Counted from the first letter of the stretch, positions 19,901-30,958 are shown. The stretch: 64,000 bases of DNA from Candidatus Thorarchaeota archaeon (GCA_016933575.1 JAFGAR010000005.1:1-64000); one strand, 5' to 3'. Numbers and translations are program-made. Notes: a model not told the origin generated them from the sequence alone.

Positions 19901-21700
19901 TTGTCTGATTCATCATCCCAGCTATTCTCTGATTCTACCATCCTCTACGTATCCCTTAATGAAAAGAAAATCGAACGGAAACCAATACCTGAGGATCTAT
20001 ACAGAAATTATCTTGGTGGTCGAGGCCTAGGTGTCAAGCTGTTATATGATAATCTCGCTCCTGGTATCGATCCACTATCACCAGATAATTGGCTCATCTT
20101 CGCAATAGGCCCTACAACTGCAACTTCAGTGCCCACTTCTGGCCGTTTTGTGGTAATTACAAAGTCACCTGCTACTGGAACAATATTTGATTCCCATGCA
20201 GGTGGATATTTCGGAGCTCAACTTCGTCGTGCTGGAATTGCAGTAATAGTTCTGACTGGTGCATCAGAGAAGCCTGTCTATCTGTGGATTAACAATGGGG
20301 ATGTAGAGATACGTGATGCTTCTAAGGTATGGGGCAAGACCACTGATGTCACGACTGAGAAACTTCTAGCAGAAACAGATGAAAAGGCACAGGTCGTCTG
20401 TATAGGCCCTGCTGGCGAAAATATGATTAATCTTGCTGCTATTATTACTGACAAACACAGGGCTGCAGGGCGTGGTGGTGTAGGGGCTGTAATGGGGTCC
20501 AAGAAGGTCAAAGCAATAGTTGTTCGTGGCACACAGGATATAGCGGTCAGTAACCCCGAGCAGCTTCGAGCAGCTGTAGAGCATTCACGTGTACTGATTA
20601 AGAAGAATCCAGTGACTGATAAATCCCTTCCAATCTATGGAACTCCAGTTCTCGTCAATGTGATCAATGAAGCTGGTATGCTCCCCACCTATAATTTTCA
20701 AGAAGGTACCTTCAATGATGCCGATGGAGTGTCCGGAGAAAAGCTTCTGGAACGATTTGCGGACAAATCCTACAATTGCTTTGGATGTCCAATTGGCTGT
20801 GGACGAATGAGTCGTATTCAAGGACGTACTGTTGGAGGTCCAGAATTCGAGTCAATCTGGGCTCTCGGCCCTCAATGTGGCATTAATAATCTCGAGTGGA
20901 TTGCTTTGGCAAACGAGAAATGCAATCACATGGGTATAGACACAATATCTGTTGGTAGTACTATTGGTTGTGCAATGGAATTGGTTCAGAGAGGGAAGCT
21001 TGAGCACTCACTAAAATTTGGGGACACTACAGGTATTCTTGAACTTCTAGAAGATATTGCCTATGCACGAGGTCTGGGAGTTGAATTGGGTAGAGGCTCT
21101 AAGGTGTTTGCTGAGAAATACGGAGCTCCTGAATTGGCCATGCAAGTAAAAGGTCTTGAGATCCCTGCGTATGACCCTCGGGGCGTTCAAGGTCATGCTC
21201 TTGGTTATGCAACGTCGAACAGAGGCGGTTGCCACCTTAGATCCTATCTAATTGGTCCTGAGGTGATGGGGACTCCAGTGACAGTTGATCGTGACAAGAC
21301 TGAAGGCAAAGCTGACCTGGTTATTCTATTTCAGAATCTCTCTGCAGCAATGGACTGTATGGTTGTCTGTAGATTCACTAACTTTGCGTGGACCGTTGAT
21401 GATTATGCTGAAATGCTTGCAGCAAGCACAGGATTGCCTATCGACGGAAGAGAATTGCTTAGAATTGGTGCTAGAGTATGGAACCTTGAGAGGTTATTCA
21501 ACAATCGCGAGGGATTTGGCAAGAGTGATGATGCCCTCCCACCAAGATTTTCTTCACCCCTTCCAGAAGGTGGCTCAAGGAAACGCATTGCGCATATTGA
21601 TGTCATGCTCCCCGAGTATTACTCTCTTCGCGGATGGGATAAAGATGGAAAACCCACTGCTAAACTACTGAAAGAACTGGACATCCCTATCGAAAGGTGA
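19901..21700 (+). CDS. aor: Tungsten-dependent aldehyde:ferredoxin oxidoreductase
   Basis: LGGRGLG, KSPATG, AAGRGGVGAVMGSKKVKAI, CFGCPIGC, YDPRG, RGGCH; GGAGG SD and TTG start. Confidence 0.95.
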   Translation: MSDSSSQLFSDSTILYVSLNEKKIERKPIPEDLYRNYLGGRGLGVKLLYDNLAPGIDPLSPDNWLIFAIGPTTATSVPTSGRFVVITKSPATGTIFDSHAGGYFGAQLRRAGIAVIVLTGASEKPVYLWINNGDVEIRDASKVWGKTTDVTTEKLLAETDEKAQVVCIGPAGENMINLAAIITDKHRAAGRGGVGAVMGSKKVKAIVVRGTQDIAVSNPEQLRAAVEHSRVLIKKNPVTDKSLPIYGTPVLVNVINEAGMLPTYNFQEGTFNDADGVSGEKLLERFADKSYNCFGCPIGCGRMSRIQGRTVGGPEFESIWALGPQCGINNLEWIALANEKCNHMGIDTISVGSTIGCAMELVQRGKLEHSLKFGDTTGILELLEDIAYARGLGVELGRGSKVFAEKYGAPELAMQVKGLEIPAYDPRGVQGHALGYATSNRGGCHLRSYLIGPEVMGTPVTVDRDKTEGKADLVILFQNLSAAMDCMVVCRFTNFAWTVDDYAEMLAASTGLPIDGRELLRIGARVWNLERLFNNREGFGKSDDALPPRFSSPLPEGGSRKRIAHIDVMLPEYYSLRGWDKDGKPTAKLLKELDIPIER

Positions 21701-21738
21701 AAATGGGCTAGATGCTCAGACTGACAAAAATATACTGA

Positions 21739-23709
21739 TTGGAGTTGTATCAACTGGCTAGAGGAAGACATAGTCGCAAGAAGTTTCGAAGAGGCCATGC
21801 ACCCTATTTAGCAAAGATTCGGTTCTTTTGGTGTGACTCATGTAATGTACCAAGAATTGCTGAAACCAAATGCAGCACTTGCGACACGATTCCTCGAAAA
21901 GTGGAACTCTCTCCTCCCGGGGATCCTTTCCCAGCCATGGATGGTCATCTCAAGAGGATCATTGATACAATCGATTCACAGTTTGGAGAAGGCGTCGGAC
22001 TTGCAATTATTCCCCCCACAAAGACTGTAGTCCTAAACAAGGTGTCTTCTCTCGATGCAATGTACGAGATAGTCTTGGACGGTCACATTCTTGGGAGACT
22101 GCGTTTCGATATTCCAAGCCGTCATTACACGTTTCTTCTGTCACTTGAAGGTGCTCGTCGAATAGGGAAGGAAAGCAAGGAGAAATGGGTCTCTCTGCAT
22201 GATGGTGTGTTAAAGTACCTTAAAGATGGATCCAACTTGATGCTTCCTGGAGTCCAGGGATGTGACTCTGGAATTGAAGTAGATGACGAGGTCTGGCTTA
22301 TCGACTCAGATGGTCTTGTTGTAGGTTCGGGCATTGCCCGAATGAGTGGAGTTGCTATGGCAAGAGAAACCAAGGGGTTTGCAGTAAAGATACGTGATGT
22401 ATCTGATGCAGTTCCTTCTGCAGTAAATCTGAAATATGCAACATGGGATGAAGCTGTTGCTGCAAATGAAAATGACCTTGATCGCATAGAGAAAGAAGCC
22501 ATTACTTTTGTCCGAAGAGTCATCGAGAAGAATGCTGGTCTACCCGCAGTTGTGGGATTTAGTGGTGGAAAGGACTCACTTGCAACTTATCTCATTGTTG
22601 AGAACGCTACAAGCGAGAAACCACCTCTCTTTTTTATGGATACAGGTATTGAACTTCCTGAAACTGTTGAGTTCATTGATAATTTTGCCAAGAAGCGAGA
22701 TGTACAGATAATCGGTGAAAAAGCTGGTGAACGCTTTTGGGAGTCTGTTGATATCTTTGGCCCTCCCGCGAGGGATTTTCGGTGGTGTTGCAAGATTCTC
22801 AAACTAGGTCCTGCAGCTACTGCGATTGCTGAAGAGATTGGTAGTGAAACCATCTCCTTTATGGGGCAGAGAAAGTTGGAGTCATTTCAACGTTCAATAG
22901 AACCGCGAATAACAGAAAATCCATGGGTTCCCGGTCAACTTTCAGCCAATCCCATTCAGAATTGGAATGCGTTGGAGGTATGGTTGTACATATTTCAGAA
23001 GCAAGAAGACTTCAATCCGCTCTATAATCGAGGATATCATCGAATGGGTTGTTATCTATGTCCTGCATCTCCACTAGCTGAGATTGAGAGTCTTCGCCAA
23101 ACCCATCCCGACCTCTATAAACGATGGGCGACGAAGATGGCAGACTGGGCACAGAGATATGGCTTTCCTGATGAATGGTTTGAACTTGGGTTCTGGCGAT
23201 GGAAAACACTCCCTCCAGGACAATTAGACCTTGTTAACAGTCTTGGTCTCAAAATCACATCAACCCGTCAAAGTGCTGGTGAGCAGATTGAGCTCAATGT
23301 GACAAAGGGTGTTTCTCCCTGTACGAAGTCTGGATTCAGTCTTGAAGGTTCATTTTCATCCGGCATAGATCTCAACAGAATCTCTAGAATCATGCCGATA
23401 TTTGGCACTACAAAAATATCTGAGGAACTTGGTGCCTTAAGAACAGTATCTGGAGCGAATCATATCTCTATATTCAGTTCTGGATCCATTGTCGTACGCG
23501 GTCCGAGCGAAAAAGCTGTTGAAAGACTAACAGAAAAGCTACACCGGGCTGTCAAACGTGCGCTTCTTTGTCAAGCCTGTGGTTCATGCGTTCCACAGTG
23601 TCAACATGGTGCGCTAAATCTTGATGAAGGTAAGATATCCGTTGACGAGAGCAAATGCACAGGTTGTCTTGATTGTGATACTTGGCCATGTCCGACCTAT
23701 CTTACATAG
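21739..23709 (+). CDS. PAPS-reductase-family protein with Zn ribbon, PUA domain and C-terminal 4Fe-4S domain
   Basis: FSGGKDS PP-loop, RWCCKILKLGP, RMGCYLCP, CQACGSCVPQC and CTGCLDC; start position uncertain. Confidence 0.85.
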   Translation: MELYQLARGRHSRKKFRRGHAPYLAKIRFFWCDSCNVPRIAETKCSTCDTIPRKVELSPPGDPFPAMDGHLKRIIDTIDSQFGEGVGLAIIPPTKTVVLNKVSSLDAMYEIVLDGHILGRLRFDIPSRHYTFLLSLEGARRIGKESKEKWVSLHDGVLKYLKDGSNLMLPGVQGCDSGIEVDDEVWLIDSDGLVVGSGIARMSGVAMARETKGFAVKIRDVSDAVPSAVNLKYATWDEAVAANENDLDRIEKEAITFVRRVIEKNAGLPAVVGFSGGKDSLATYLIVENATSEKPPLFFMDTGIELPETVEFIDNFAKKRDVQIIGEKAGERFWESVDIFGPPARDFRWCCKILKLGPAATAIAEEIGSETISFMGQRKLESFQRSIEPRITENPWVPGQLSANPIQNWNALEVWLYIFQKQEDFNPLYNRGYHRMGCYLCPASPLAEIESLRQTHPDLYKRWATKMADWAQRYGFPDEWFELGFWRWKTLPPGQLDLVNSLGLKITSTRQSAGEQIELNVTKGVSPCTKSGFSLEGSFSSGIDLNRISRIMPIFGTTKISEELGALRTVSGANHISIFSSGSIVVRGPSEKAVERLTEKLHRAVKRALLCQACGSCVPQCQHGALNLDEGKISVDESKCTGCLDCDTWPCPTYLT

Positions 23710-23722
23710 TTCTGGTAATCCA

Positions 23723-24751
23723 TCAAGAAGGCGGAAATTTCTTCTTCCAACGTCTTGCTAAATCACTACATGTCAATAGTTCCGGATCTGCATCTTGTAT
23801 TATCTTCAGCAGGGCCTTGTATGCTCTATGATGTTTTGGGTGCCCAAAGTCTTCCTGGTCTGGATGGAGAATGAAGCCTGCAAGGCCGCCTCTTGACTTG
23901 ATATACTCCATCTTCTTCTTCCACACGCGTAATATACTCTCTTCTGAGAGTTTGTAGTAATATAGAAGGGTCCAGTCTTGGGGCATTGAAACTGGTATCT
24001 CCACAAGAGAGCTTTGTATCCATCCACCCTCTTTCCGATATAATGGATAAAATGGAAATATAGTTCGACTTCCAGTAGATGCATAGCCTATGGTTGAATC
24101 GTCCGTATCAGGGAATGACGAATCCCAATCATATCCTGTTTCTGTGAGATACTGGACCATTCTCTTAGTTCTATGAAGCCAAGGAGCTCTATATCCTATC
24201 GAGGGTAGTTTGAGGTTCTTGGCACACTCTGCCGCTCTACTAATCCTCTCTCTTTGTTCTTCCTCTGTTAAGAATGCAAATTTACCATCATGATGCAGTC
24301 CGTGCATTCCAATATCAAATCCATCATGAACCAAGGACGCAATGAAATCTGGATCTATCTTGTATTCAAATGAGTCAGGCACAATATTGAACGTTGAGAC
24401 CATGTCCATCTCTTGTTCCATTTCAACGAACTTCGAGAGTCCAAAGCGGTAGCCTTCTTTGGTATCAACATCATGAGTTATTATTACACCAAACTCCTTC
24501 TCCCAGAATTCACGTTTTTCTGCTGTTGTAGGATCTAACTCATCTGCAAGATCATCAATTGGGAATTTTCTCCTCTTCAGATCTGTTGTTGCTTTCGGTC
24601 GTAGAAGGGAGAGAAGGGACACAAAGGAATTTCTAATCTGGTAGGGAATATATTCAACTAGACCAAGACCTACTCCCAGTTGAAGAGCTCCAGGCGGCTG
24701 ATACTGGATATCCATCTCGTTTCGATAGTAGTCACTCTTTGAGACCTTCAC
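23723..24751 (-). CDS. Polysaccharide deacetylase family protein
   Basis: THDVD, GMHGLHH, GYRAPWL, WDSS, LHPD motifs. Confidence 0.8.
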   Translation of the reverse strand: MKVSKSDYYRNEMDIQYQPPGALQLGVGLGLVEYIPYQIRNSFVSLLSLLRPKATTDLKRRKFPIDDLADELDPTTAEKREFWEKEFGVIITHDVDTKEGYRFGLSKFVEMEQEMDMVSTFNIVPDSFEYKIDPDFIASLVHDGFDIGMHGLHHDGKFAFLTEEEQRERISRAAECAKNLKLPSIGYRAPWLHRTKRMVQYLTETGYDWDSSFPDTDDSTIGYASTGSRTIFPFYPLYRKEGGWIQSSLVEIPVSMPQDWTLLYYYKLSEESILRVWKKKMEYIKSRGGLAGFILHPDQEDFGHPKHHRAYKALLKIIQDADPELLTCSDLARRWKKKFPPS

Positions 24752-24767
24752 TATTGGCTCACCTATT

Positions 24768-26255
24768 TTATGATGTATATTTCATCCAGTGACCATATCT
24801 TGATAGCCATCCATTTATCACCATACTCACCTTAGTCCTCGGTCCTCCCCATGTGCTATTTTCAAGGTCAAACCACCAACAGCCTCTATACTCCAGTTCT
24901 CTTCCTCTTGTGATATCGAGTGGGAAGAGTGTAATCACAAAGGTTCTATCTTTCACCAACTCCCAGATTTCATTCTTATCTTCGAACATGAAGATAATCT
25001 GATTATCTTGTTTCGATGAAGGCCCCCTTGGTGTTCTAAAGGACGTCATCGCAAAGTCTTGGTCAAGTTGTGGATCTTGTATTTTCCAATCCTCAATTCG
25101 AAGATATCCTACAAGTTCAACAAGCATATCCTTGAGGATCTCTCGCTTCTCAGTATCGGTGTATTTCTTGATGTATTCCTCGTCTTTTCGAAGCACTCTT
25201 GCAGGAACTCCGGCGGCAAGACTACGGGCTGGGATATCACGATTAATCACTGAGCCTGCACCAATTGTTGCTTCTTTTCCGATATGCACGTTGGGAAGTA
25301 CAAAGACACGCCATGGAAACCATACCCCATCTTCGATAGTAATTGGCCCGAAGGCAACAGGAAAGCCCTGAAGAATCGGTTGCCAAGTTCCATGAGTGAA
25401 CAGGAAATTCGAACCGCCAATTCCGACTCTTTTTCCAATCTTAATGGGATGGGTGGGATTGATTACACTCTGAGCAAAAATCATTGACAGGTCGCCAATC
25501 TCGATAATTGACTTGTCTGTCTTAAGCCCCCCAATATACACCTGTTCTTGGATTGTGACTTCTTCGCCGATTGTCACTTTGTGTGTATCAATAATTACTA
25601 GCATCCCAAGGCTTGAGTACCGCCCCATTGTGAACTCGTTTGCTCGAATCATACAGGCCATTCCTATTTTTGCATGGTCTCCTATAATCGTCTTCTTGCA
25701 GTCGAGTATGGCTAGTGGTCCAATTGACACTCCCTCTCCAATCTGAGCTCCTTTTCGCCGATAATATGCAATCTTCAGACTTGATGGAAGCAATCCAATT
25801 GTTGCCATTTTTCCAATTGGCATATCAAACAGGTCTGGGTCTCCAATATGCGTACGGACCATAAGAATGGGTCCAAAGAACATCACCAGAAGGGCAAGCC
25901 CACGAAGTCCACCCACGAATAGATTGTAGTCCTGCAGTACTACTGCAGGGTCAATACTCTGAAAATAATATTTGAACAGAAGATCAAATGCGATGAAGAA
26001 ACTGAGCCAAAGGACTCCAACGACTATCATTCTACCTCGATGATATCGCGGGATGAATCTCTTGAAAATCAGATTTGAAACGAGGATGAGAATGAGAAAG
26101 AGTAAGAGATTCCGCAAGACATAGGAGACCGCTATGTCCATCCAAGATGACATTAATGGTAATGCCCACAACCACTCAAAAAGAATGGTTGTGACTGGTA
26201 TGAACACCCAGGCTATAACTGCATATGACCTATTGTTCTTGATGAATTCTTCCAA
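24768..26255 (-). CDS. Membrane-domain-fused hexapeptide-repeat (LbH) acyltransferase
   Basis: About 4 N-terminal TM helices; GPITIEDGVW...IGAGSVINRDIP...AGVPARVLR; GGAGGA SD with TTG start. Confidence 0.8.
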   Translation of the reverse strand: MEEFIKNNRSYAVIAWVFIPVTTILFEWLWALPLMSSWMDIAVSYVLRNLLLFLILILVSNLIFKRFIPRYHRGRMIVVGVLWLSFFIAFDLLFKYYFQSIDPAVVLQDYNLFVGGLRGLALLVMFFGPILMVRTHIGDPDLFDMPIGKMATIGLLPSSLKIAYYRRKGAQIGEGVSIGPLAILDCKKTIIGDHAKIGMACMIRANEFTMGRYSSLGMLVIIDTHKVTIGEEVTIQEQVYIGGLKTDKSIIEIGDLSMIFAQSVINPTHPIKIGKRVGIGGSNFLFTHGTWQPILQGFPVAFGPITIEDGVWFPWRVFVLPNVHIGKEATIGAGSVINRDIPARSLAAGVPARVLRKDEEYIKKYTDTEKREILKDMLVELVGYLRIEDWKIQDPQLDQDFAMTSFRTPRGPSSKQDNQIIFMFEDKNEIWELVKDRTFVITLFPLDITRGRELEYRGCWWFDLENSTWGGPRTKVSMVINGWLSRYGHWMKYTS

Positions 26256-26404
26256 GTGTTAGTCCTCCATGTTTGCAAAATCCATTAAGACTCAGCTTGT
26301 AGACAACTAAGATGCGCTCGAGCTCTATGTGGTATATTACAGTTGTCATGGACATGTTAATTTTAATCTAGCAAAGGTAATATAGAGGGCCAGCCCTCAC
26401 TCGA

Positions 26405-27781
26405 ATGGTTGACCATCACATGCTTGCAGCGATTAGTCTAAGCATCTATGAATACAGGAAGTATCTAGTGCTTACACTGGCAATTTCAATGATTGCTATT
26501 CCTATCGCGAATGGCTTGGTCATCCAGCGAGACCGAAACCGGAATGAGATGTATGGTGAAGCATTCTGGATCTATGGTTTCACGGTCTATAATATGGATG
26601 ATGATCAGCTAGCAGAAAATCTCGATACTTATTATGGCTTCAATTTTAATGACGGCCTTCACACATTGCCTGAATATCTAGGTGGCGTGAAATACGAATA
26701 TCCTGTCTTTGGTCTGATATTCTTCGCTATAGCCACATGGTTATTTCCAGGGTCTGGCCCTGACAGTCTTCAACCCTTATGGCTGAATTTTCTCTTGGTC
26801 TTGGTATTCAATCTTAATCTGGCTCTACTAGCGATTCTCCTTCGTGATAAATTGGAAAAGGTACGGTGGGCTCGTTTATTCTTTGGGGCCTATTTTGTGT
26901 ATGGTCTTGTAATGGCTGCTGCTGGAGGAAAGCTTGAACCTATTGTTGATTGTCTGCTTTTGATGTCACTTGTCCTTTGGAAAGAGAAACAACATGGTAA
27001 GTCTATGTTTGCCCTTGGTCTGTCTGTCCAGACGAAGGTCTATTCCTTTGTGGTATTTCCAATGTTCTTTCTTATCAATCCTGTCTCATCTATCTGGTTT
27101 ATTATCTCAATGTTCCTAACTGTGTTTCCAGTGTTCTTTGGCGCAAGCTTTGACTCTCTGATTTCCCATCTATTCAATCTCTCAAGCTATAGTTCATTCA
27201 TAGTCAATCCTCTATTTCCAGGTCTAGCATTCAGTACACCAGACCTCTATTCGCCAGACCCTACGGCATCTTATGTGTGGATTGCGGCATTGATTCCTCT
27301 GATAATTTATCTATCCTTTCTGGTCCTCACAATCCGTCGCTATATACCAAAGAAGGAGGAATTCAGCGATTTATCCAGAATTGAGAAGATTCGCGCATTA
27401 ATTCCATTGTACCTATACCTCATTCCTGGATCGTTGTTCCTATTTCGCTGGGTAATGCCTTGGTATCTTCTCTGGTTTGGACCTGTAATAGTCCTCTTCA
27501 CAAAGAACGAGCAGGCTGTAGGGTATCTTAAACAAATCACTCTAGTAGGATTGCTCTATGTGCTTGGTATCCTTGTCAATTGGCCCTATTTCATTACAGG
27601 CCCATTACCAGCATTCTTCACCCATTTTCCAGCCAGCGCTCCCGAAACTATTGGTGGTGTGATTCTTCTATCAATCTTAATGGCTGTAGCATATTTTCTT
27701 TGGAAATTAGAGATTGACCGCAGAGAAAGGAAATCTGTGTTCGTGAAAGAAGCAGAGGCTCGCGGGGAGCTCATTATCTAG
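26405..27781 (+). CDS. Polytopic GT-C-fold glycosyltransferase-like protein (GT87/PIG-M-like)
   Basis: YEYP loop after first TM, GKLEP, LGLSVQTKVY, PWYLLW; about 10 TM segments. Confidence 0.6.
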   Translation: MVDHHMLAAISLSIYEYRKYLVLTLAISMIAIPIANGLVIQRDRNRNEMYGEAFWIYGFTVYNMDDDQLAENLDTYYGFNFNDGLHTLPEYLGGVKYEYPVFGLIFFAIATWLFPGSGPDSLQPLWLNFLLVLVFNLNLALLAILLRDKLEKVRWARLFFGAYFVYGLVMAAAGGKLEPIVDCLLLMSLVLWKEKQHGKSMFALGLSVQTKVYSFVVFPMFFLINPVSSIWFIISMFLTVFPVFFGASFDSLISHLFNLSSYSSFIVNPLFPGLAFSTPDLYSPDPTASYVWIAALIPLIIYLSFLVLTIRRYIPKKEEFSDLSRIEKIRALIPLYLYLIPGSLFLFRWVMPWYLLWFGPVIVLFTKNEQAVGYLKQITLVGLLYVLGILVNWPYFITGPLPAFFTHFPASAPETIGGVILLSILMAVAYFLWKLEIDRRERKSVFVKEAEARGELII

Positions 27782-27785
27782 GTGT

Positions 27786-28247
27786 CTATTTGACAGTACC
27801 ATTCTCTCGATAGAAATCGATGATGCGTTTCCGAATCATTGTGGATGAACATAGACCATCTGCTGTTCTCTTTTCCAGCCTCACGACTTTTGTGTTAAGC
27901 CCTTTTTCAGAAATACGCTCTTCAAGCCGTTGCAAATCTGTGTATTGGTCATACCCTAGTGCCACAATGTCCGGGGCAGTCTTGACAACGATCTCTGTAT
28001 GATCTTCAGTGTCTAGTCCAATCAAAGCTCTGTCAACAATCTTTAATGATTCAACCAATTTTCTTCTCTGTTCTTGAGGGAAGACTGGTGGAGCTCCCCG
28101 TTCTCTCAAGATCGTCTTATCCAGAGCGATAATGACAACTAGCTCTCCTGTTTCTCCTGCAAGCTCTCTTGCTTGTTGAAGATAGGCTAAATGTCCAAGA
28201 TGGAGAATGTCGAATTTTCCTGCTGCTAGAACTCTTTTTCTATCCAT
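27786..28247 (-). CDS. ribL: Archaeal FAD synthase (cytidylyltransferase family)
   Basis: GKFDILHLGH, PDIVALGYDQ, SSTMIR. Confidence 0.8.
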   Translation of the reverse strand: MDRKRVLAAGKFDILHLGHLAYLQQARELAGETGELVVIIALDKTILRERGAPPVFPQEQRRKLVESLKIVDRALIGLDTEDHTEIVVKTAPDIVALGYDQYTDLQRLEERISEKGLNTKVVRLEKRTADGLCSSTMIRKRIIDFYRENGTVK

Positions 28248-28274
28248 AACAACAGCACCCGCAGTGAATCTGAA

Positions 28275-28535
28275 CTAGTCCTCATCTACTGCAAGGAACT
28301 CGTGAGCGTCAGATATTACTTCAATCCTTCGTTTTGTCTTAGTGATCTGACTGACATGGATTAATCCATTGATTTCGAGCTGGAGGAGCGCTCCGTTCAA
28401 TTCACCCTCACTTGGTTCTGATCCAAGTTCTTTTTTCAGAGCTCTAATCAGTTCATCGTCAAGAATAACGCCACGTCGTTTCGTGACTATCGAAACTATT
28501 AGATTTGTCATTGGCATTATGTTCCATGGGGCCAT
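28275..28535 (-). CDS. Small winged-helix-like hypothetical protein downstream of cdc48
   Basis: ELNGALLQLEINGLIHV wH-like pattern; AGGTGA SD. Confidence 0.65.
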   Translation of the reverse strand: MAPWNIMPMTNLIVSIVTKRRGVILDDELIRALKKELGSEPSEGELNGALLQLEINGLIHVSQITKTKRRIEVISDAHEFLAVDED

Positions 28536-28555
28536 TTGTAATTATCACCTTCTTG

Positions 28556-30769
28556 CTATGCAAACATTGATTGTGCTGCTGGGTCTGTTTCGATTGTTCT
28601 TCGCAATATCTGATCTAACTTCCTAAATCTCTCAAGCATCTCCTTTGTGGTAGATGCATGAACATCTTTCATTGCTTCCTCAAAGTGTTTCCAGCTTACT
28701 TTTTCAATCTCCATATCATCTCTAAGAGCTCTCATTCCAGCCTCTCTGCAAATCGCCTCTATATCTCCACCAACAAAATAGTCTGTCATGGTCACAAGTT
28801 TATCAATTGAAACATCATCATCAAGAGGCATACTGGCCATGTAGATCTTGAAGATTGCCTTCCTACTCTTTGCATCAGGTGCATCAACATTCACAAATCT
28901 ATCAAATCGCCCTGTACGAAGTAGCGCCTTATCAATAAGCTCTGGGCGATTGGTAGCTGCAATAACTACGACATCTTTCATCGATTCGAGTCCATCCATC
29001 TCTGTCAAGAGCTGACTGATGACTCTCTCTGAGTGATGGAAATCTCCTGAACCGCCGCCTCTAGATGGTGCAATTGCATCAATCTCGTCAAAGAATATGA
29101 TTGATGGAGCAGCTGTTCTAGCCTTTCGGAAAATCTCTCTAATTGCTTTCTCGCTCTCACCGACCCATTTTGAGATGAGTTCAGGTCCCTTTACACTAAT
29201 GAAGTTCGCTTCACTCTCTGTTGCTACAGCTCTTGCAAGTAATGTCTTACCGCACCCTGGAGGTCCATATATCAACACGCCTTTTGGCGGTGTTATGCCT
29301 AATCGACGGAATGATTCAGGTTTCTTTAGAGGCCATTCGACAACTTCTACAAGTTTCTGAATGACATCTTCCAACCCACCAATATCACTCCATTTAACAT
29401 TAGGCACTTCGATGAAGACCTCTCTTACGGCTGATGGTTGAATCTCTTTCATAGCTTCAAGGAAATCTCCATTATGGACTTCGAGTTCATCAAGCACATC
29501 TTGGGGTATCTCTTCATCTTCAAGGTTGATTTGTGGTAAATATCTTCTCAGCGCCTTCATTGCTGCTTCCCGACAAAGCGCTTGCAAATCTGCGCCTACA
29601 AATCCATGAGTAGTCTTTGCCAGTTTCTGCAGATCAACGGTGCCATCTCCTTCAGAAGTAAGAGGCATTCCTCTTGAATGGATGTGAAGTACTTCTAATC
29701 TTCCTGTTTCATCCGGAACACCAATTTCAATCTCTCTATCAAATCGACCTGGTCTTCTAAGGGCAGGGTCCAGAGCATTCACACGATTGGTTGCACCAAT
29801 CACAACAACTTGTCCACGTGACTTGAGTCCATCCATTGTTGCTAGTAGCTGAGCAACGACTCTTCTTTCAACTTCGCCCTGAACATCTTCTCGCTTAGGA
29901 GCAATTGCGTCTAGTTCGTCAATGAATATGATGCTTGGGGCATTCTCTTCTGCCTCTTCGAAGAGTTTTCTCAGTTTTTGTTCTGACTCTCCATAGAACT
30001 TGGACATTATCTCTGGTCCGTTTATGTGGACGAAATTAGCCTCCGACTCACTCGCAACAGCTTTAGCCAATAGTGTCTTTCCTGTTCCGGGTGGTCCATG
30101 CAAAATCAAACCTCTGGGAGGATCTATTCCCAGTCTTTTGAATATCTCTGGGTGTTTCATTGGTAGTTCGACCATTTCTCTGATTCTCTGGATTGCATCA
30201 GAGAGCCCACCAATCTCTTCATATGTTACAGAAGAAGTTCCAACGACATCTCCCGTTGGTTTCTCAGCTATCGCAAGTATTGTAGAATGTTGAACAACTA
30301 CAGTACCTGCTGGTTTTATTGAAGTGACCTTGAACGGGATTGCTCGACCTAGAATTGGGATGAACACAGTGTCCTGTACGGTGACGGGACAGTTCAATAG
30401 TTTCCTCTTAACAAACTCTTCGAAGCGTGGTTCTGGTCGAATTGGAACAGATGTTGGTGCTAGTGTCACGCTCTTCGCTGGTTCTTCATTTGCTCGAGAA
30501 ACAGTCACTTTTTCACTGAGACTTACACCCGCGTTTCTTCGAATTCTCCCATCCATTCTGATGATCTCATGACCTTTATCTCCCTGATATGCAGGCCATG
30601 CAATGGCAGCGGTGATTCTCTTACCTTTAATCTGGATAATATCTCCAGTCCTCACCCCAAGCTTCTCCATTGACATAGCATCAATACGTACTATGAATCT
30701 ACCAATGTCTCTATGTTCGGCCTCTGCGACCTTGAGTACAATTTCGACCACTCTAGAAGCATCCTCCAA
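28556..30769 (-). CDS. cdc48: CDC48/VCP (VAT) AAA+ ATPase
   Basis: N-domain plus two AAA modules ([31 protein letters not shown]). Confidence 0.97.
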   Translation of the reverse strand: MEDASRVVEIVLKVAEAEHRDIGRFIVRIDAMSMEKLGVRTGDIIQIKGKRITAAIAWPAYQGDKGHEIIRMDGRIRRNAGVSLSEKVTVSRANEEPAKSVTLAPTSVPIRPEPRFEEFVKRKLLNCPVTVQDTVFIPILGRAIPFKVTSIKPAGTVVVQHSTILAIAEKPTGDVVGTSSVTYEEIGGLSDAIQRIREMVELPMKHPEIFKRLGIDPPRGLILHGPPGTGKTLLAKAVASESEANFVHINGPEIMSKFYGESEQKLRKLFEEAEENAPSIIFIDELDAIAPKREDVQGEVERRVVAQLLATMDGLKSRGQVVVIGATNRVNALDPALRRPGRFDREIEIGVPDETGRLEVLHIHSRGMPLTSEGDGTVDLQKLAKTTHGFVGADLQALCREAAMKALRRYLPQINLEDEEIPQDVLDELEVHNGDFLEAMKEIQPSAVREVFIEVPNVKWSDIGGLEDVIQKLVEVVEWPLKKPESFRRLGITPPKGVLIYGPPGCGKTLLARAVATESEANFISVKGPELISKWVGESEKAIREIFRKARTAAPSIIFFDEIDAIAPSRGGGSGDFHHSERVISQLLTEMDGLESMKDVVVIAATNRPELIDKALLRTGRFDRFVNVDAPDAKSRKAIFKIYMASMPLDDDVSIDKLVTMTDYFVGGDIEAICREAGMRALRDDMEIEKVSWKHFEEAMKDVHASTTKEMLERFRKLDQILRRTIETDPAAQSMFA

Positions 30770-30958
30770 GACTATTACCTTTTTCAGAAATCGGATGGGA
30801 GCCTTGAATCATTACACTCCCTTTTTTATCCGCTATTCAATGTTTCTTTCTCTACCAATATAATCCAGTATACAAATTGTTGAGGAACTGATTATTTGAT
30901 AATACCCCTTTTTCCTGTCAGAACAGGATTCTGAACGAACTGGATAGTGTTCACTTTT

